Shown here one piece after another: positions 41,617 through 57,442 of a DNA stretch of 64,000 nt. The translations under genes and the position numbers were made by a program. Under the pieces are notes generated by a model. That model made no database searches and was not told the DNA's origin. It saw only the letters and a list, made by a program, of their open reading frames with translations. This DNA is from Octopus vulgaris. Its lineage: Eukaryota. The stretch is from positions 52,514,001-52,578,000 of the forward strand of contig OX597833.1 in the NCBI GenBank assembly GCA_951406725.2. Reading direction: 5' to 3'. The first letter of the stretch is position 1, and each line of letters opens with the position of its first letter.

Positions 41617-41657
41617 CATCCGTCTGTCTATCTATCTATCTATATCTTTCTCCTTCC

Positions 41658-41719
<62 letters not shown>

Positions 41720-41812
41720 TTATTTACCTATCTATCTGTCTGTCTGCGTTTCTGTCTCTTTCTCTATCAATCAATCAGTCAATCAATTAATCTATTTATC
41801 TATCTGTCTGAG

Positions 41813-41844
<32 letters not shown>

Positions 41845-42126
41845 CCAATCTCTATCTATCTATCTATCTATTTGACTTTCTCCTTCTCTCTGACTCTATC
41901 TCTCTCTCACTATATATATATGTGTGTGTGTGTGTATGTATATATATATAGATATATATATATATATACAAGGAGAGAGAGAGAGAGAAAGAAGGAGAGA
42001 GAGTGAATGTGAAAGAGGGATTGAGAAAGTAAGAGGGAGAATGAACAACTGAGTAAGATTGAATTATATAGTGTGGAAGTATTGATCAATTCATTGTGAC
42101 TGAATGAAAGAAGAAAGGAAAAAACA

Positions 42127-42162
<36 letters not shown>

Positions 42163-42487
42163 AAACGAGAATTGTTTAAAAAAAATGAAGGGAGACTTTG
42201 CGGAAACATTGGTTTGGAATACTGAGAAATAATAGGAACTAAACGAAAGACAAATCTGAAGAAAAAAGATAGCAAGTGTTGATATGCGCTTGTGTTTTTT
42301 TTTATGTCTGTGAGAACGTGTTTATGTTTGTGGAGAGAGATAAACAGATGAGTTGAGGGATGGAAACATACGTATAGATAGATAAAAAGATAAATAGAGA
42401 GATAGATAAATAGATAGACAGACAGAGACAGACAGAGACAGACGTAGAGAGAGACGGACATATAGACAGACAGACAGACAGACAGAC

Positions 42488-42518
<31 letters not shown>

Positions 42519-42597
42519 GAGAGAGATAAAGAGATAGAGAGATAGACTGATAGACAGACAGACAGACAGCCAGATTGATAGATTGATAGATAGATAA

Positions 42598-42637
<40 letters not shown>

Positions 42638-42638
42638 T

Positions 42639-42697
<59 letters not shown>

Positions 42698-42844
42698 TCA
42701 GACAGGCGGACGGACTGACGGACGGACAGACAGACAAGCAGATAGATAGACGGACGGACAGACAGACAGACAGATATACAGGGAGACAGACAGATAGATA
42801 GACAGACAGACAGATAGACATATAGATAGATAGATAGATAATAA

Positions 42845-42899
42845 GTTTCTTTATTGGCCACACAGGGCTGCACACAGATGGAACAAGTTACAAGGTAGA
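42845..42899 (-). mobile_element. Tx1/L1-like 3' tail inside (GATA)n
   Basis: Nearly identical to the reverse complement of 46584-46638. Confidence 0.65.
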
Positions 42900-42907
42900 T
42901 AAGATAG

Positions 42908-42965
<58 letters not shown>

Positions 42966-44699
42966 GCAGCGGCAGAGTGAGAGAAAGTGTATGGTAAATT
43001 GAATGAGAAAGATAAACGATCTGGAACGGAGGGAAAACTAAAGAGAGTAAATATCTCTTGAATTTAGCTGAACATTCATTGCATTGAACCAAATATACTT
43101 TTAGGAAACAAGAAAAAAAAAATGCATACAAATTGCGAAGCAGTGTATAAAATGAAGAAAAAAAAAATGTAAAGCGAATAAATAAATATGCAGAAGTAAT
43201 CAAAGTAAAGGGAAAAAATCACGGGACAAAATGGCCGTTTGAATAATGGAAATGGCGGTAAAACGACTGTTTTGCGCAAACTGTTTAGTCAGCTATTAGA
43301 CACTGCATTGAGCATCATCAGAGCGGTCTCTTATGTTCGGTCAATAAACGAGAATAGAAACAATGTGTGTGTGTGTGTGTGTGCGTGTGTGTGCGTGTGT
43401 GTGTGTGTGTGTGTGTAGGGGGGGTAGGGGTGTAGGAGTGTGTGTGTGTTTCTGTGTGCTTGGGGAAGTCTGTGTGTGTATATGTGTGCGTATGTATGCC
43501 TGGTGAGTTTGTGCTTGTATGTGTGTGTATTTGTATGGGTGCTATGTGTATATGTGTGTGTGTCTGTGTCTGTGTGTAGGGGTGTGCGTGTGTGTCTGTG
43601 TGTAGTGGGGGTGCAAGTGTATGTGTGTGCGTGCTTGTCTGTCTGTGTGTGAAAGGGGGGGGTGTATATGCGTGTGTGTATGCTTGGAGAAGTCTGTGTG
43701 TGCATATGTGTGCGTATGTGTGCATGGTAAGTCTCTGTGTTTGTATGTGTGTGCTTGGGGAAATCTGAGTGTATGTGCATATGTGTGTGCATATGTATGC
43801 CTCGTGAGTATGTGTGTCTGCATGTATGTATTTGTGTGAAAGTGTATGTGTGCGTATGTATGCCTAGTAAATCCGTGTATCCACATGTGTGTATGTATGA
43901 GTGTGCTGTGTGTAGTGTGTATGTGTGCAGTGGATATGGCTGTGATTGTGTGTGAGAAACAGCGAGAGGGAAAGAGAAAGAGAAAAAAAGAGAGCGCGGG
44001 GTGAAGATTCCAAGAATCAGGGTGGGTGGGCAAGGCTGAGAGGCGTTGGGTGTACAGTAAACAAACATTGGCGAGGCGGGTTTTTGCATGCTATAATCGC
44101 AATTGGTAATCAATGGCGTTTAAAAATCAGCAGTACTTGTTTGCCCATCGTCAACACATTTTCAGAATTGGTGTTCCTCTTCGACCTTCTCATGCTAACC
44201 ATTCCATATTGACGCGTTTCTTCTGTATCACTTTTGACATACGCGGACTCACGCTCTCCTCTACTCCACATCCCACATGCGTAGACATATAATACGTATC
44301 TAATACACACATACACACAAACACATATACAGACACATGCATATGCGCATATATGCATACACAAGCTGTATCTCATACACGCACACGTACAACTACTATA
44401 TATATATACACATACATGTAAGCAGATACACATACGGACACAATATTTGTTGCCAATCTCAGCATCAGTTGCCACGCGTTTGCTTGCGTATGTTTATTTC
44501 TTGGTAGCCATTTTTTCTGTTATATTTGTTAACATCAAATATCAGAACAATATGGAGTCGAATGTACAAACACACGAAATGGCGTGCAAACACACACAAG
44601 CATACACACAGACACACGCACATGTGAATACACGTACACACATACATGCACACATACGAATGTGCATACGCATACAATCATATATATGTACCTAATTAT

Positions 44700-45330
<631 letters not shown>

Positions 45331-45574
45331 TTAAATCGCACTGGGGTCGATGTAATCGACTTAATCCCTTTGTCTGTCTTTGTTTGTCTCCTCTATGTTT
45401 AGCTCCTTGTGGGCAATAAAGAAATATATATATATACACACACACACACTCACATATCTATATATTGAAGAGTTTAATCGAATAAATCAATTCCAGTACA
45501 TTTTTAGAGCCTCATATTTATTCTATCGATACACTTTGTCGAACTACTAAGTTACTAATAATAAGTTACTCGAA

Positions 45575-45803
45575 GGCGGCGAGCTGGCAGAACCGTTAGC
45601 ACACCGAGCGAAATGCGTAGCCGTATTTCGTCTGACGCTACGCTCTAAGTTCAAATTCCGCCGAGGTCGACTTTGCCTTTCATCCTTACGGGGTCGATAA
45701 ATTAAGTACCAGTTACGCACTGGGGTTGATGTAATCGACTTAATCCGTTTGTCTGTCCTTGTTTGTCCCTTCTATGTTTAGCCCCTTGTGGGTAATAAAG
45801 AAA
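45575..45803 (+). mobile_element. Family A Nin-SINE, full length
   Basis: 15-bp TSD aataataagttactc at 45557-45571 and 45810-45824. Confidence 0.9.
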
Positions 45804-45842
45804 CAAAAAAATAATAAGTTACTCTCTCTCTCTCTCTTTCTC

Positions 45843-45914
<72 letters not shown>

Positions 45915-46034
45915 ACTACCTAGCTAGCGAGCTAGATTTTCTATCAAGCAATCTCCCTATATTCCCACCTAACTATATAACTGTTTATCTATCACTTAAT
46001 TATTCAACACTCTATAGAGCTGTTTAGCCAACTA

Positions 46035-46273
46035 CATGCTTGGCCAAAAGTCACCCAACAGTAAATGAAAAATTCCCTAAATAGTTAAAATTCAATTTTA
46101 TTTATCTTTTCCGATTATGAATGTTTAATAATTGAATGCTGTGAGTTAAAATCACGGTTTCTGTTTCTTTCTTTTTTTTTTTCAACATTTGCCTATTTAT
46201 TAGCGAAGTGCCATAGAAAATAATTTTTTGCTTGATTCTTGATTTAATGTTAAGTGACTTTTGGCCAAACTTA
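46035..46273. mobile_element. Tc1/mariner-type MITE
   Basis: TIR core ttggccaaaagtcac (46040-46054) / gtgacttttggccaa (46254-46268); TA on both flanks; AT-rich interior. Confidence 0.7.
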
Positions 46274-46431
46274 TACATGTCATTCTATTTTTGTATGTAT
46301 GTATGTATGTATGTATGTATGTATGTATGTATGTATGTATGTATGTATGTATGTATGTATGTATGCGTGTATGTATCTATGTAGGTAGGTCGGTATCTAG
46401 GTAGATAGATCTATCTATCTATCTATCTATC

Positions 46432-46640
46432 TTTTTTTTTCTTCTTTTTTCATTTTTCTTTTCTTTTGTTCCTTTTCCCATTTTTCTTTTTTCTTTTTTT
46501 CTTTTTTTGTTCTTTTTTCCCTTTTACGATCCCTTTTGATCGAAAACCTACGCCACCTTTTTTTTCTCCCCCAAAAGAAAAGCTCTACCTTGTAACTTGT
46601 CCCATCTGTGTGCAGCCCTGTGTGGCCAATAAAGAAACTT
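46432..46640 (+). mobile_element. Tx1/L1-like LINE 3' UTR in (TATC)n
   Basis: T-rich UTR ending ttgtcccatctgtgtgcagccctgtgtggccaataaagaaac, with TATC repeats on both sides. Confidence 0.6.
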
Positions 46641-46677
46641 ATCTATCTATAGATGGATGATATATATATATATATAT

Positions 46678-47160
46678 ATCAACAATCAAGGAACGGCCAT
46701 AATAGGCCATTCACCCACTAGAAATAACAGCCAAAGCTTCAACCGCAAATAAAAGTTAATTCTGTAAACCAGGAGAAAATTTAAAAAACTGAAAATATCG
46801 TGAAAATATCTGTTCCGACTTGGGCTATTTCTTACTGAAGAATCTGAGGGCCTGTGGAAGATTGGCTTGATTTAATTTAATCAGGTTAGTTTACCATTAA
46901 TCAGCAGATGAAACGGTATATCGTATAAGAAATTACAGGGTAAATGTTTTTTAAATTTTCTCCTGGTTTACAGAATTAACTTTTATTTGCGGTTGAAGCT
47001 TTGGCTGTTATTTCTAGTGGGTGAATGGCCTATTATGGCCGTTCCTTGATTGTTGATGTTGAACTTAAAAATGGTCTATGACTTTTTAATTTTTTCCTAC
47101 TAGGCCGCTGGTGGCAAAAGAATTCTACAAAATTCTTTTTGCCACCCTATATTGATTAAT
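46678..47160 (+). mobile_element. PLE-like fold-back element (112-bp arms) in (TA)n
   Basis: 46678-46789 is the reverse complement of 46946-47057; HHR in the spacer; (TA)n on both flanks. Confidence 0.85.
46827..46933 (+). ncRNA. Canonical type I hammerhead ribozyme (family 6)
   Basis: AUUUCUUA-CUGAAGA-AUCUG..CAGAU-GAAA-CGGUAUAUCG-UA-UAAGAAAU; GUA cleavage after 46925; long stem II. Confidence 0.85.
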
Positions 47161-47198
47161 TATATATATATATATATATATATAAATATATATATATA

Positions 47199-47304
<106 letters not shown>

Positions 47305-47696
47305 ATGTCTATCTATCTATCTATCTATCTATCTATATATCTATATATCTATCAAGCTGACTAACAATCTAAGTAATTAACTATTTAACATAATAAGTAG
47401 CTACCAATCTCCCAATATTCAGCTAATCAACTTGATTGAGAGTATTAATACCCCGATATCTCGCCACCCTTATCTGTAACCTTTCACCGAAAACCTTAAC
47501 CTCTTTGCCCCCAGGTTTCCTAAGCTTCCTCATCCCCTCATTCAATGCGATAACGCACACCCACCTATATCATTCATGTGAACACGTCATCCAATTACCT
47601 TGGCATTACACACTTAAATTTAGTTGCTAGCGACGCAGATAGCTTTGTATCTCGACATATACACGCACATATATTATCTATTTACCTATATATTCT

Positions 47697-47914
47697 TTTA
47701 TTCTTTTACTTGTTTCCGTTATTTGACTGTGGCCATGCTGGAGCAGCGCCTTAAAGGGTACTTATTTTATCCTGTTCTTTTTTGTCCAAGGGCTAAGCTA
47801 TATGTACGTATGTGTGTATTTGTGTGTGTGCGTGTGTGTATGTGTGTGTGTGTGTATTTGTTCCCCCGCCACCGCCATCGCTTGACAAGCGATGCTGGTG
47901 TGTTTATGTCGACG

Positions 47915-47949
<35 letters not shown>

Positions 47950-48110
47950 GACGGGCTTCTTTCAGTTTCCGTCTATCAAATCCACTCAAGAGGCTTTGGT
48001 TGGCTCGAGATTATAGTAGGAAATATTTGCCCATAGTGCCACACAGAGGGGCTGAACCCGGACCATGTGGTTGGGATGCAAGCTTCTCACCACACAGCCA
48101 CGCCTGCACC
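47697..48110 (-). mobile_element. Family C SINE
   Basis: Reverse-complement tail and head present. Confidence 0.8.
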
Positions 48111-48611
48111 TGTTGTTCCCTCGCCGTTCTCAAAAAATAGCGTTCGTAAAAGTTTTTATCTCGTTCGGCTTAACAGCCCTTCTTGTTTGTGTTGCTGTTA
48201 TTCTCCTTGTCCTGTCTTTTACTGTCCTGTTTTTGTTAAGATTTTTACCCCTCCGCAAAAAAATCTCAAATTTTATTTAATTTGATTTTCGCGGGAAGGA
48301 TTGTTTCATTAAAGTCATGTATCGCCTTGACCTTCGAAACGTGGAGTAGATGAAACAAAGGCGACTGAAAAAGGGGAATTTTCCTTGTTTTGTATGTCCT
48401 GTACTCTATTTTTTCGTTGTTTAACAAAAATGTCCATTTCCTTGGTTTTGTGTTTATGTTTTCGTTTATCATTGTGTTCGACGTTTTGTTTGGTGTCCTG
48501 TACCCATATATGCATGTATATACACATGTAGAGGTAGGTACGTACATATATGTATGTATATATGCATATGTTTTATTTGCTTATTAATTTATTATATATA
48601 TATATATATAT

Positions 48612-48830
48612 ATTCTTTTATTCTTTTTATTGTATCAGTCATTTGAATGCGGCCATACTTTAGCACCGCCTTTACTCGAAAAAAATGACCCCAGTATTTA
48701 TTCTTTGTAAGCATAGTACTTATTCCATCGGGCTTTATTGACGAACCGCTAGGTTAGAGGGAAGTAAACACCAAAACATCGGTTGTCAAACGATGGTGGG
48801 GGGACAAACACAGACACAAAAATACATAGA
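48612..48830 (-). mobile_element. Family C SINE tail half
   Basis: cagtcatttgaatgcggccatactttagcaccgccttta...ggggacaaacacagacac. Confidence 0.75.
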
Positions 48831-48892
48831 TATACACACACACATAGATATGTATAGACATCTATGTATGCATGTATATATATATATATATA

Positions 48893-49122
48893 AACTTAGA
48901 TAAATTTTGACGAAAGATTGGTCCTGGTCATGTCTAACTTAATAGCTCCACCTGGCGAGATTTTTTTAAATTATTGTAAAGCCAAGTTTCCTGGTATCAT
49001 GGTCCATTCGAGTAGGGAATTCTTATTGAGTGAGTTGTATCCGGGTATAAGTGGCTCGTATTCTTTGAAGAAATTTGTCCAGATTCCGTTTAAAGCTAAT
49101 TAGATCCTTCTCCTCTTTGGTC
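48893..49122 (-). mobile_element. 3' fragment of a second CR1/L2-group LINE
   Basis: Reverse complement [38 protein letters not shown] (FKxxLDKFLxxIPDEP..GY...NSL motif) with a small deletion. Confidence 0.65.
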
Positions 49123-49222
49123 CGTCCGTTTCGGCAGGGTCTGTTGAGGAAACAAAATCGTGTTGTTAGTGTAGTCATGTGTTGTGTTTTTCCATTTATC
49201 TACCAATCAATTTATCTATCTA

Positions 49223-49287
<65 letters not shown>

Positions 49288-49330
49288 GTATATGTATGTA
49301 TGTATATATATGTATATATATATGTGTACG

Positions 49331-49365
<35 letters not shown>

Positions 49366-49462
49366 ACGTATATATATATATGTATATATATATATGTACG
49401 TATATATATATATATATATATATATGTTTATTTATATATATATATATATATATTCATATATG

Positions 49463-49559
<97 letters not shown>

Positions 49560-49920
49560 TATATATACATATATATATAATTGTCTGTTCACCTATCCAT
49601 GCATCTATACATGAATATACCTATCAAGCTATCTATTACACAGACACACACACACACATACAGATACACACGCACACAAACACACACACAGACACACACA
49701 CACGCACACACATACAAACACACACACACACGTATACAGAAACACACACATATTCGTTTAACATTAAATGCATTTTCAGATAATTCACAACTATGGAGAC
49801 CAGCTAATGTATTTGTATATAGAAAGACATATTCACGCAGAACGACAAAGGAACATGTGATATATATTCCTTTTGCCTCACTGCAGCTGCAAAACTGCGA
49901 TACATAAAAGGAATAATACA

Positions 49921-49955
<35 letters not shown>

Positions 49956-50463
49956 GTCTTTGTATCTGTCTGTCTATCTATCTATTCACATATATCTTAT
50001 CTATCTATCTATGTATCTATCAGTGTATTTAATCATACTTACATACATACATACACGCACACACAGACAACCCCCACACACACACACACACATCGAAGTC
50101 ACTGCCAATATTCGTGATTAAGAAAAATATATCAATGTATGTATACAATATCTGTGTGTGTGTGTGTGTGTTGTGTATGTACACATATATATGGATATAC
50201 ATGTATAATGCATATATATTTATATGTATATTAACATATATATTTATACGTATACATATATATATATATGTACGTATATATATATATATATATATATATA
50301 TAAGATACATATACACACACAAAATAAGAAAATGGAGAAATACACCTTAATCAATAATATGTATTAACTTTGTTGGGTGCTTTACTGGCAGTATATTGGA
50401 TATATGTTATCCCATGGTGGGTTGCACTCACAACCCCTGTCTCAATTCATATATATATATATA

Positions 50464-50581
50464 TACTTTATTAAAAAGCAGCAGAAATATCACAAAAACT
50501 GTTACTCAGAGTCTCACATTCCCGTTCGTCGGACAGTTTTGTTAAATTCTTTTTTCCACCTTGTTTCGCATTTATCTGCTT

Positions 50582-50586
<5 letters not shown>
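50464..50586 (-). mobile_element. Decayed family 5 HHR element in (TA)n
   Basis: aaagcagcagaaa...ctgttactcagagt and ttttttccaccttgtttcgcattt are shared with 39347-39575. Confidence 0.65.
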
Positions 50587-50663
<77 letters not shown>

Positions 50664-50817
50664 GGATCATACATATAACACGAAGCACAGGCAAAAATTT
50701 GACTAGAAAGTTACATAAGTACAATGTTATGCACATGCATACACGCACGTATGCACGCACACACACATGCAGTCATTCGCACATATATGTATGTGCATAT
50801 GTGTGCATGCATATGCG

Positions 50818-50848
<31 letters not shown>

Positions 50849-51024
50849 CTGTGTGTGTGTATTTTTGTATGTATGTATGTATGTATGTATGTATGTATAT
50901 ATGTATGCATGCATATTGATAGATAAATAGTTGATCTGCTATATTTGCTCCGTCGATTGAACAAATATGACACACACAAGCACTCACACATATATTTGCA
51001 TACATACATATATGCATATTTGTG

Positions 51025-51070
<46 letters not shown>

Positions 51071-51638
51071 TTATTGATATATTTACAAATATAGATATAT
51101 ATGTATACATATATACATATGTGCACATATGTGTTGATATACGTATGTAGGCATATATATACACACACACATATATATATATATGTATATATATATGAAT
51201 GTATATGTGTATATATATATAGATATATACATATATACACACACAAACACACACTCACAAACATACATACATATATACATAGATAGATAGTTTGATAGAT
51301 ATATACACACATACTTCCATATATAGAAAGATAGATATACACACACATCAAGTATATATGATAGATATTAAGTGGTACAGAGATTTGTATAAGCGCAGAC
51401 ACACAGACACGTACACACACGCAATAGAACATGCATATGGTTGTATATATATAACTCTGTGTGTATATTTGTAAACACATAGACACACACGCACATTTAT
51501 ATTTATTGATTTATCTATGGATAGATATATATTTATATAAATATGTATACGTGTATATATATATATAATATATATATATATATATACATATATATATGTA
51601 TATATATATATAAATATATATATAAATGTATATATATA

Positions 51639-51730
<92 letters not shown>

Positions 51731-51866
51731 CTTTACGTACACTGATTTGTTCTGCTTTTTTATATTTAACCTACAGTCTCTTATGTGGTGGTTTAATAAA
51801 GTATGTGATTGACTATTATCTGGTAATTGATATTTGATTTAGATGTATTTCTCCATTTTCTTATCT

Positions 51867-51918
<52 letters not shown>

Positions 51919-52417
51919 GTGAAAGATGATATATGTTTATATAAATATACAAACGATATGCATGCAATATAAAAATATAGCATATATACACACAAGAACA
52001 GACACATTATTCTATGCGTGCGAGTGTATGTGTGTATGCGTGAGGTGTATGTGTTTGTGTGTGTGCACGTGATGTATGTGTTCGTGTGTGTGCATGTGGT
52101 GTATATGTTTGGGTGTGCATCTGTGTGTGTGTTTGCGTGTGTGTGTGTGTAATGATTAAGCATATGACACGAACATGTCTATCATAAACAAGCATACGGG
52201 TTCATACAAATAGCAGAATGCACAGGTAGAAATGTTAGTAATACGTACAAAAGGACAATGTTATACACATTCATACACTGGCTCGCCACACATACGACCA
52301 CTTACACGCACGCACACAAACACACACTCATGCACGTGCACACACACGCACATACCATCACACACACACACACACATACACATACACATATGAGTACACA
52401 CATGAGTATAAGTTTTC

Positions 52418-52568
52418 TGAAAATTCAGAAAAATTGTAGTACATGCGTATAAGGAGGGATGACCACTAAGTGGACATCCAATATGCTAGAAAAATATCAT
52501 CATATTGGATGTCCGCTTACTGGTTATCCCTTCTTATACGCATATAATACAATTTTTCTGAATTTTCA
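52418..52568. repeat. Imperfect fold-back (68-bp arms)
   Basis: 52418-52485 is the reverse complement of 52501-52568, with several mismatches. Confidence 0.8.
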
Positions 52569-52933
52569 CATTTTTCTATATGCTAGGCTACTGGTTTTAA
52601 ATTGATGTTAATTAAATTAATATTCAATTTATCACCCTCATTATTTAAATTCATATATATATATACATATACATACACACAGACATACAGATATATATAT
52701 ATATATATATAGATATAGATATATATGTACATATTTACACAAGCAATTAATATATACATTAATAATTAATTTTGCTGCCCGAGACGTGATTGTCTGATGT
52801 ATTGTGGAGATTATTATTTACTGAGTGAAACGAAGTTATTATAACAAGAGAGAGCTGAAAATATAGAACACGATTTCACTCAGACATAATACACTTATAT
52901 GATTATAGATAGAGACATAGATACATACATACT

Positions 52934-53061
<128 letters not shown>

Positions 53062-53070
53062 GTATATATA

Positions 53071-53112
<42 letters not shown>

Positions 53113-53376
53113 TATATATATATACATATATATGCATATACATATAAATATATATATATATATGTATATATATATGTGCACACAGATACACAGATACACA
53201 CACACACACATATATATACATATATATATATATATAATATATATGTATATATGTATATAACATATATAATATATAATATAATATAATATATATAATATAT
53301 ATATATGTATATATATATGTACGTATATATATATATATAATATATGTACGTATATATATATATATAATATATGTAC

Positions 53377-53440
<64 letters not shown>

Positions 53441-53803
53441 GTATATATATTTATGTATTTATGTGTGTTTCGGTTTGACTCCAGCCTGATCTTTAGCTCC
53501 GGCGTTGGCGTTCTTATGTCCCTGTAATCAAAAAAGCAGAACAATCGAATAAGTACCAGATTCACGAAGAATAAGTGCTGCAGTCGATTTCTTCGGCTAA
53601 AAATCCTGAAATAGGTAATAATAAAAAAAAAGGATATATGTGTATATGTGTGTGCGTGTGTCTGCGCGCACGTGTGTCCTATGCATATATGCACGCGTGA
53701 ATATATGTATGTATATGCATATAAATGCATATATGTATATAAATATATATGCGTATGAATACATATATTTGTGTGTTTGTGAATGCATGTATATATATAT
53801 ATC

Positions 53804-53835
<32 letters not shown>

Positions 53836-54124
53836 CAAATATATATATATATATAAATGCGAATATAGTTTCATGTAGATGCATATACACACGTATTTAT
53901 ATGTAAGAATATATAAGTATATATTTGTATATATATATGTGTGTGTGTGTGTATATATATATATAATACATATGTATATATATATATATATATATATAAA
54001 TAAGAATATCTATATATGTCTATATATATGTATATATATTATATTTATATATATTATATATATGTATATGTATACATATATATATGTATACATATATATA
54101 TACGTATACATATATAAGTATATA

Positions 54125-54178
<54 letters not shown>

Positions 54179-54217
54179 TATATATATTGACAATTAGTTA
54201 ATTAATCATTAATTAGT

Positions 54218-54265
<48 letters not shown>

Positions 54266-54299
54266 TTATATTTCAAATTCATGCACATGTAAGCAGAAA

Positions 54300-54680
54300 T
54301 GCAGGTGTTGCCGTGTTGTAAGGGGCTTCTTTCCCGGCCACATGGTTCCGGGTTCATTCCCACTGCCTGACACGTTGGGTGAATTCCTGCTACTCTAGAC
54401 CTGGATTTGGTAAACGAAAACTGAAAGTAGTTTGTCGTATATGTGTGTGTACTTGTATCTATATGTGCATCTTTGCCTTTGTGTGTGACCCCAACCATCG
54501 GTCCACGACCGGTGTCGGTGTGTTTATGTCCTCGTAGTAAATCGGTTCGGCATATTTTTCTGACAAAAATAATAGGTTTTAGGAAAACAAATCCTTGGGT
54601 CCATTTGTTCAGCTTCCAAATCGGTGCTCCAGCATGGCCTCAGTAAAATGCGGAAACAAATATAAGGTAAAAATTAAAAG
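54300..54680 (+). mobile_element. Diverged family C SINE
   Basis: ccacatggttccgggttcattcccactgc...ggtgctccagcatggcctcag. Confidence 0.7.
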
Positions 54681-54716
54681 ATATATATAGAAATATACGT
54701 ACATGTATTAACGCGG

Positions 54717-54800
<84 letters not shown>

Positions 54801-54958
54801 TTTCTTGTATTTTATAATGTATATATACGCAATATATACTGCAGAATTCACGTACACACGAACACATACACACACACACATAAATAGACATACATATTTT
54901 ATATCTTTATATCTGTATATGTATATATACATGTGTCTATATATATATATATATATAT

Positions 54959-55072
<114 letters not shown>

Positions 55073-55102
55073 TATATAGACATATATATACATGTATATA
55101 TG

Positions 55103-55142
<40 letters not shown>

Positions 55143-55224
55143 AATATATATGTATACATATACCAATGCGCGCATACACATACATACATTCATACATATA
55201 CATACACATACACAAACACACATA

Positions 55225-55263
<39 letters not shown>

Positions 55264-55604
55264 AGAGAGAGAGAGAGAGGGTGAGAGAAATTGCTTGAAA
55301 GGTAGTGACAGATTGGTAGATGCATCTATCTCACATACGTATACATGCATACACAAATACATGTCTACATATACAACAATACGTGATTGTGCTTGAGCGA
55401 GTGTGCGTACCATTTTGCATTTGTATGGCTACACCAACACGCATACATACACACACACATATACTCATTCATTTACTTATTTGCACACCCCATATCCTTC
55501 TGTCTCCTCCATCTTTTGTCACGATTCTCACTAATCATTACTTCCCTTTATATACCTCCGCTCCTCTCATTGCATTCAAACCCATTCCGTTCACCCTGTG
55601 TTAT

Positions 55605-55640
<36 letters not shown>

Positions 55641-56302
55641 TCTTCACTCCTTGCCTCACAACCCTTCCAAGTAGACAACGGTGACCTAACCCAAACCTCG
55701 AGAAAGCACAGTAGTGCTACGTAAATATTTAACTTCCGGAAAAGAATTGATGCGGACATCTGATGATATTACGTTGATTTCCGTAATCAGACGGAGACTA
55801 CCGGATGCTGTGTATTAATGTTGCAGTTCTCATTGTTATTGTTGTAGTTGTTGTTATTTACACCCAGGTCAACTTTGAACGTGCTGACCTATTATCAACG
55901 ATGTTCCACCCATGGACACCCCGTCTCATTTTATTTTAAATGACTGTGTATCTTGGACTGTTGTATATGATATGCCCATCTCTCTATGCGACAGGTATTG
56001 TGTGGTTTGAAAGGAGATGCGTTTATCCTTCCGAGGAGATGCTGTTATCATACAGAAGAACCGATATTCGAGTTACATTAAGTTAATTTGTTTTAAGGAA
56101 CCGCCACAGAAGTGGCCAAAATTTAAGGAACGGAAATTTTGTCGTTGGTCAAGCAGAACTATGATTCGGCCAGCATTTTTTAATGTTGGTGTATGTGTGT
56201 TTGTATGCATATGTACACACACAAATATGTATAAACGCATTCACATGCGTGTGTGTATGCATTTATGGACATACATATGTATGTATATCTATCTATCTAT
56301 AT

Positions 56303-56340
<38 letters not shown>

Positions 56341-56480
56341 TAATAAATAAAATATATGCATACATACATACATATATGTACGTACCTACATCTACATGTA
56401 TATATACATGCATATATAAATATATATGCGTGAGTCGATTCGATTCGATTCGTTCCGTTCTTATTCTCCAAGTACTGTTT

Positions 56481-56528
<48 letters not shown>

Positions 56529-57082
56529 TGTGTGTGCGTGTGTGTGTGTGTAATCATATATACACACATATACATATGTATATACGTTTGCATACACGTA
56601 CACATATGCATGTGGAGGCGCGTGGCTTAGTGGTTAGGGTTTTGAGCTCATGATCGTAAGATTGTGGTTTCGATTCCTTATGAGCCTGGCATTGCTCGAG
56701 AAGGAAGAAGGAACATATAAGCATGTGTATGTGTGTATGTGTGTATGTATGTGTGTTTGTATGTGTGTGTGTGTGTATGAGAGAGAGAGAGCAGGTTAAA
56801 ACAGAAAATTCAGTTAAGTTTTTTTCTTTTATTTATAACATTATAAATTATAACCCTTGTACGTGTTCCACTGGCGTATACAGGTATGCTGAGCGGTAAT
56901 CGTTACATTGACAATGGTAAACTCACTTTTAAATACCAGATCTTCGATTTATAACCTTTCAACTGATTATACCATAAAATTTTACTTTTACATTCCTCAT
57001 GCCTAGCAAAACGTCTGACGCCACTCCCAGCCCAACCCACCAATCTTCCTCGACTCACCATTTCTATTATTCCTATTCTTGA

Positions 57083-57442
57083 AGCAAGGCACTTTATTTC
57101 ACGTTGCTCCAGTTCACTCAGCTGGCAAAAAATGAGTTGTACCTGTATTTCAAATGGCCGGCCTTGTCACACTTTGTGTCACGCTCTGCTAGGGGAAGGT
57201 GGCGAACCCTGCCGTACTCTTTCACCACAACCTTCTCTCACTCTTTCTTTCTGGTTCTGTTGTACCTATATTTCGAAGGGCCAACCTTGTCACACTCTGG
57301 GGCACGCTGGATCTCCCCTGAGAACTACGTTAGGGGTACGCGTGTCTGTGGATTGCTCAGTCACTTGCACGTTAATTTCATGAGCAGGCTGTTCCGTTGA
57401 TCGTATCAGCGTGGACCGTCGTCGTCGTAACTGACGGAGTGC
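57083..57442 (+). mobile_element. Chimeric SINE (D body, B body, B tail)
   Basis: Duplicated tgtacct.tatttc.aa.ggcc..ccttgtcacact segment. Confidence 0.7.
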
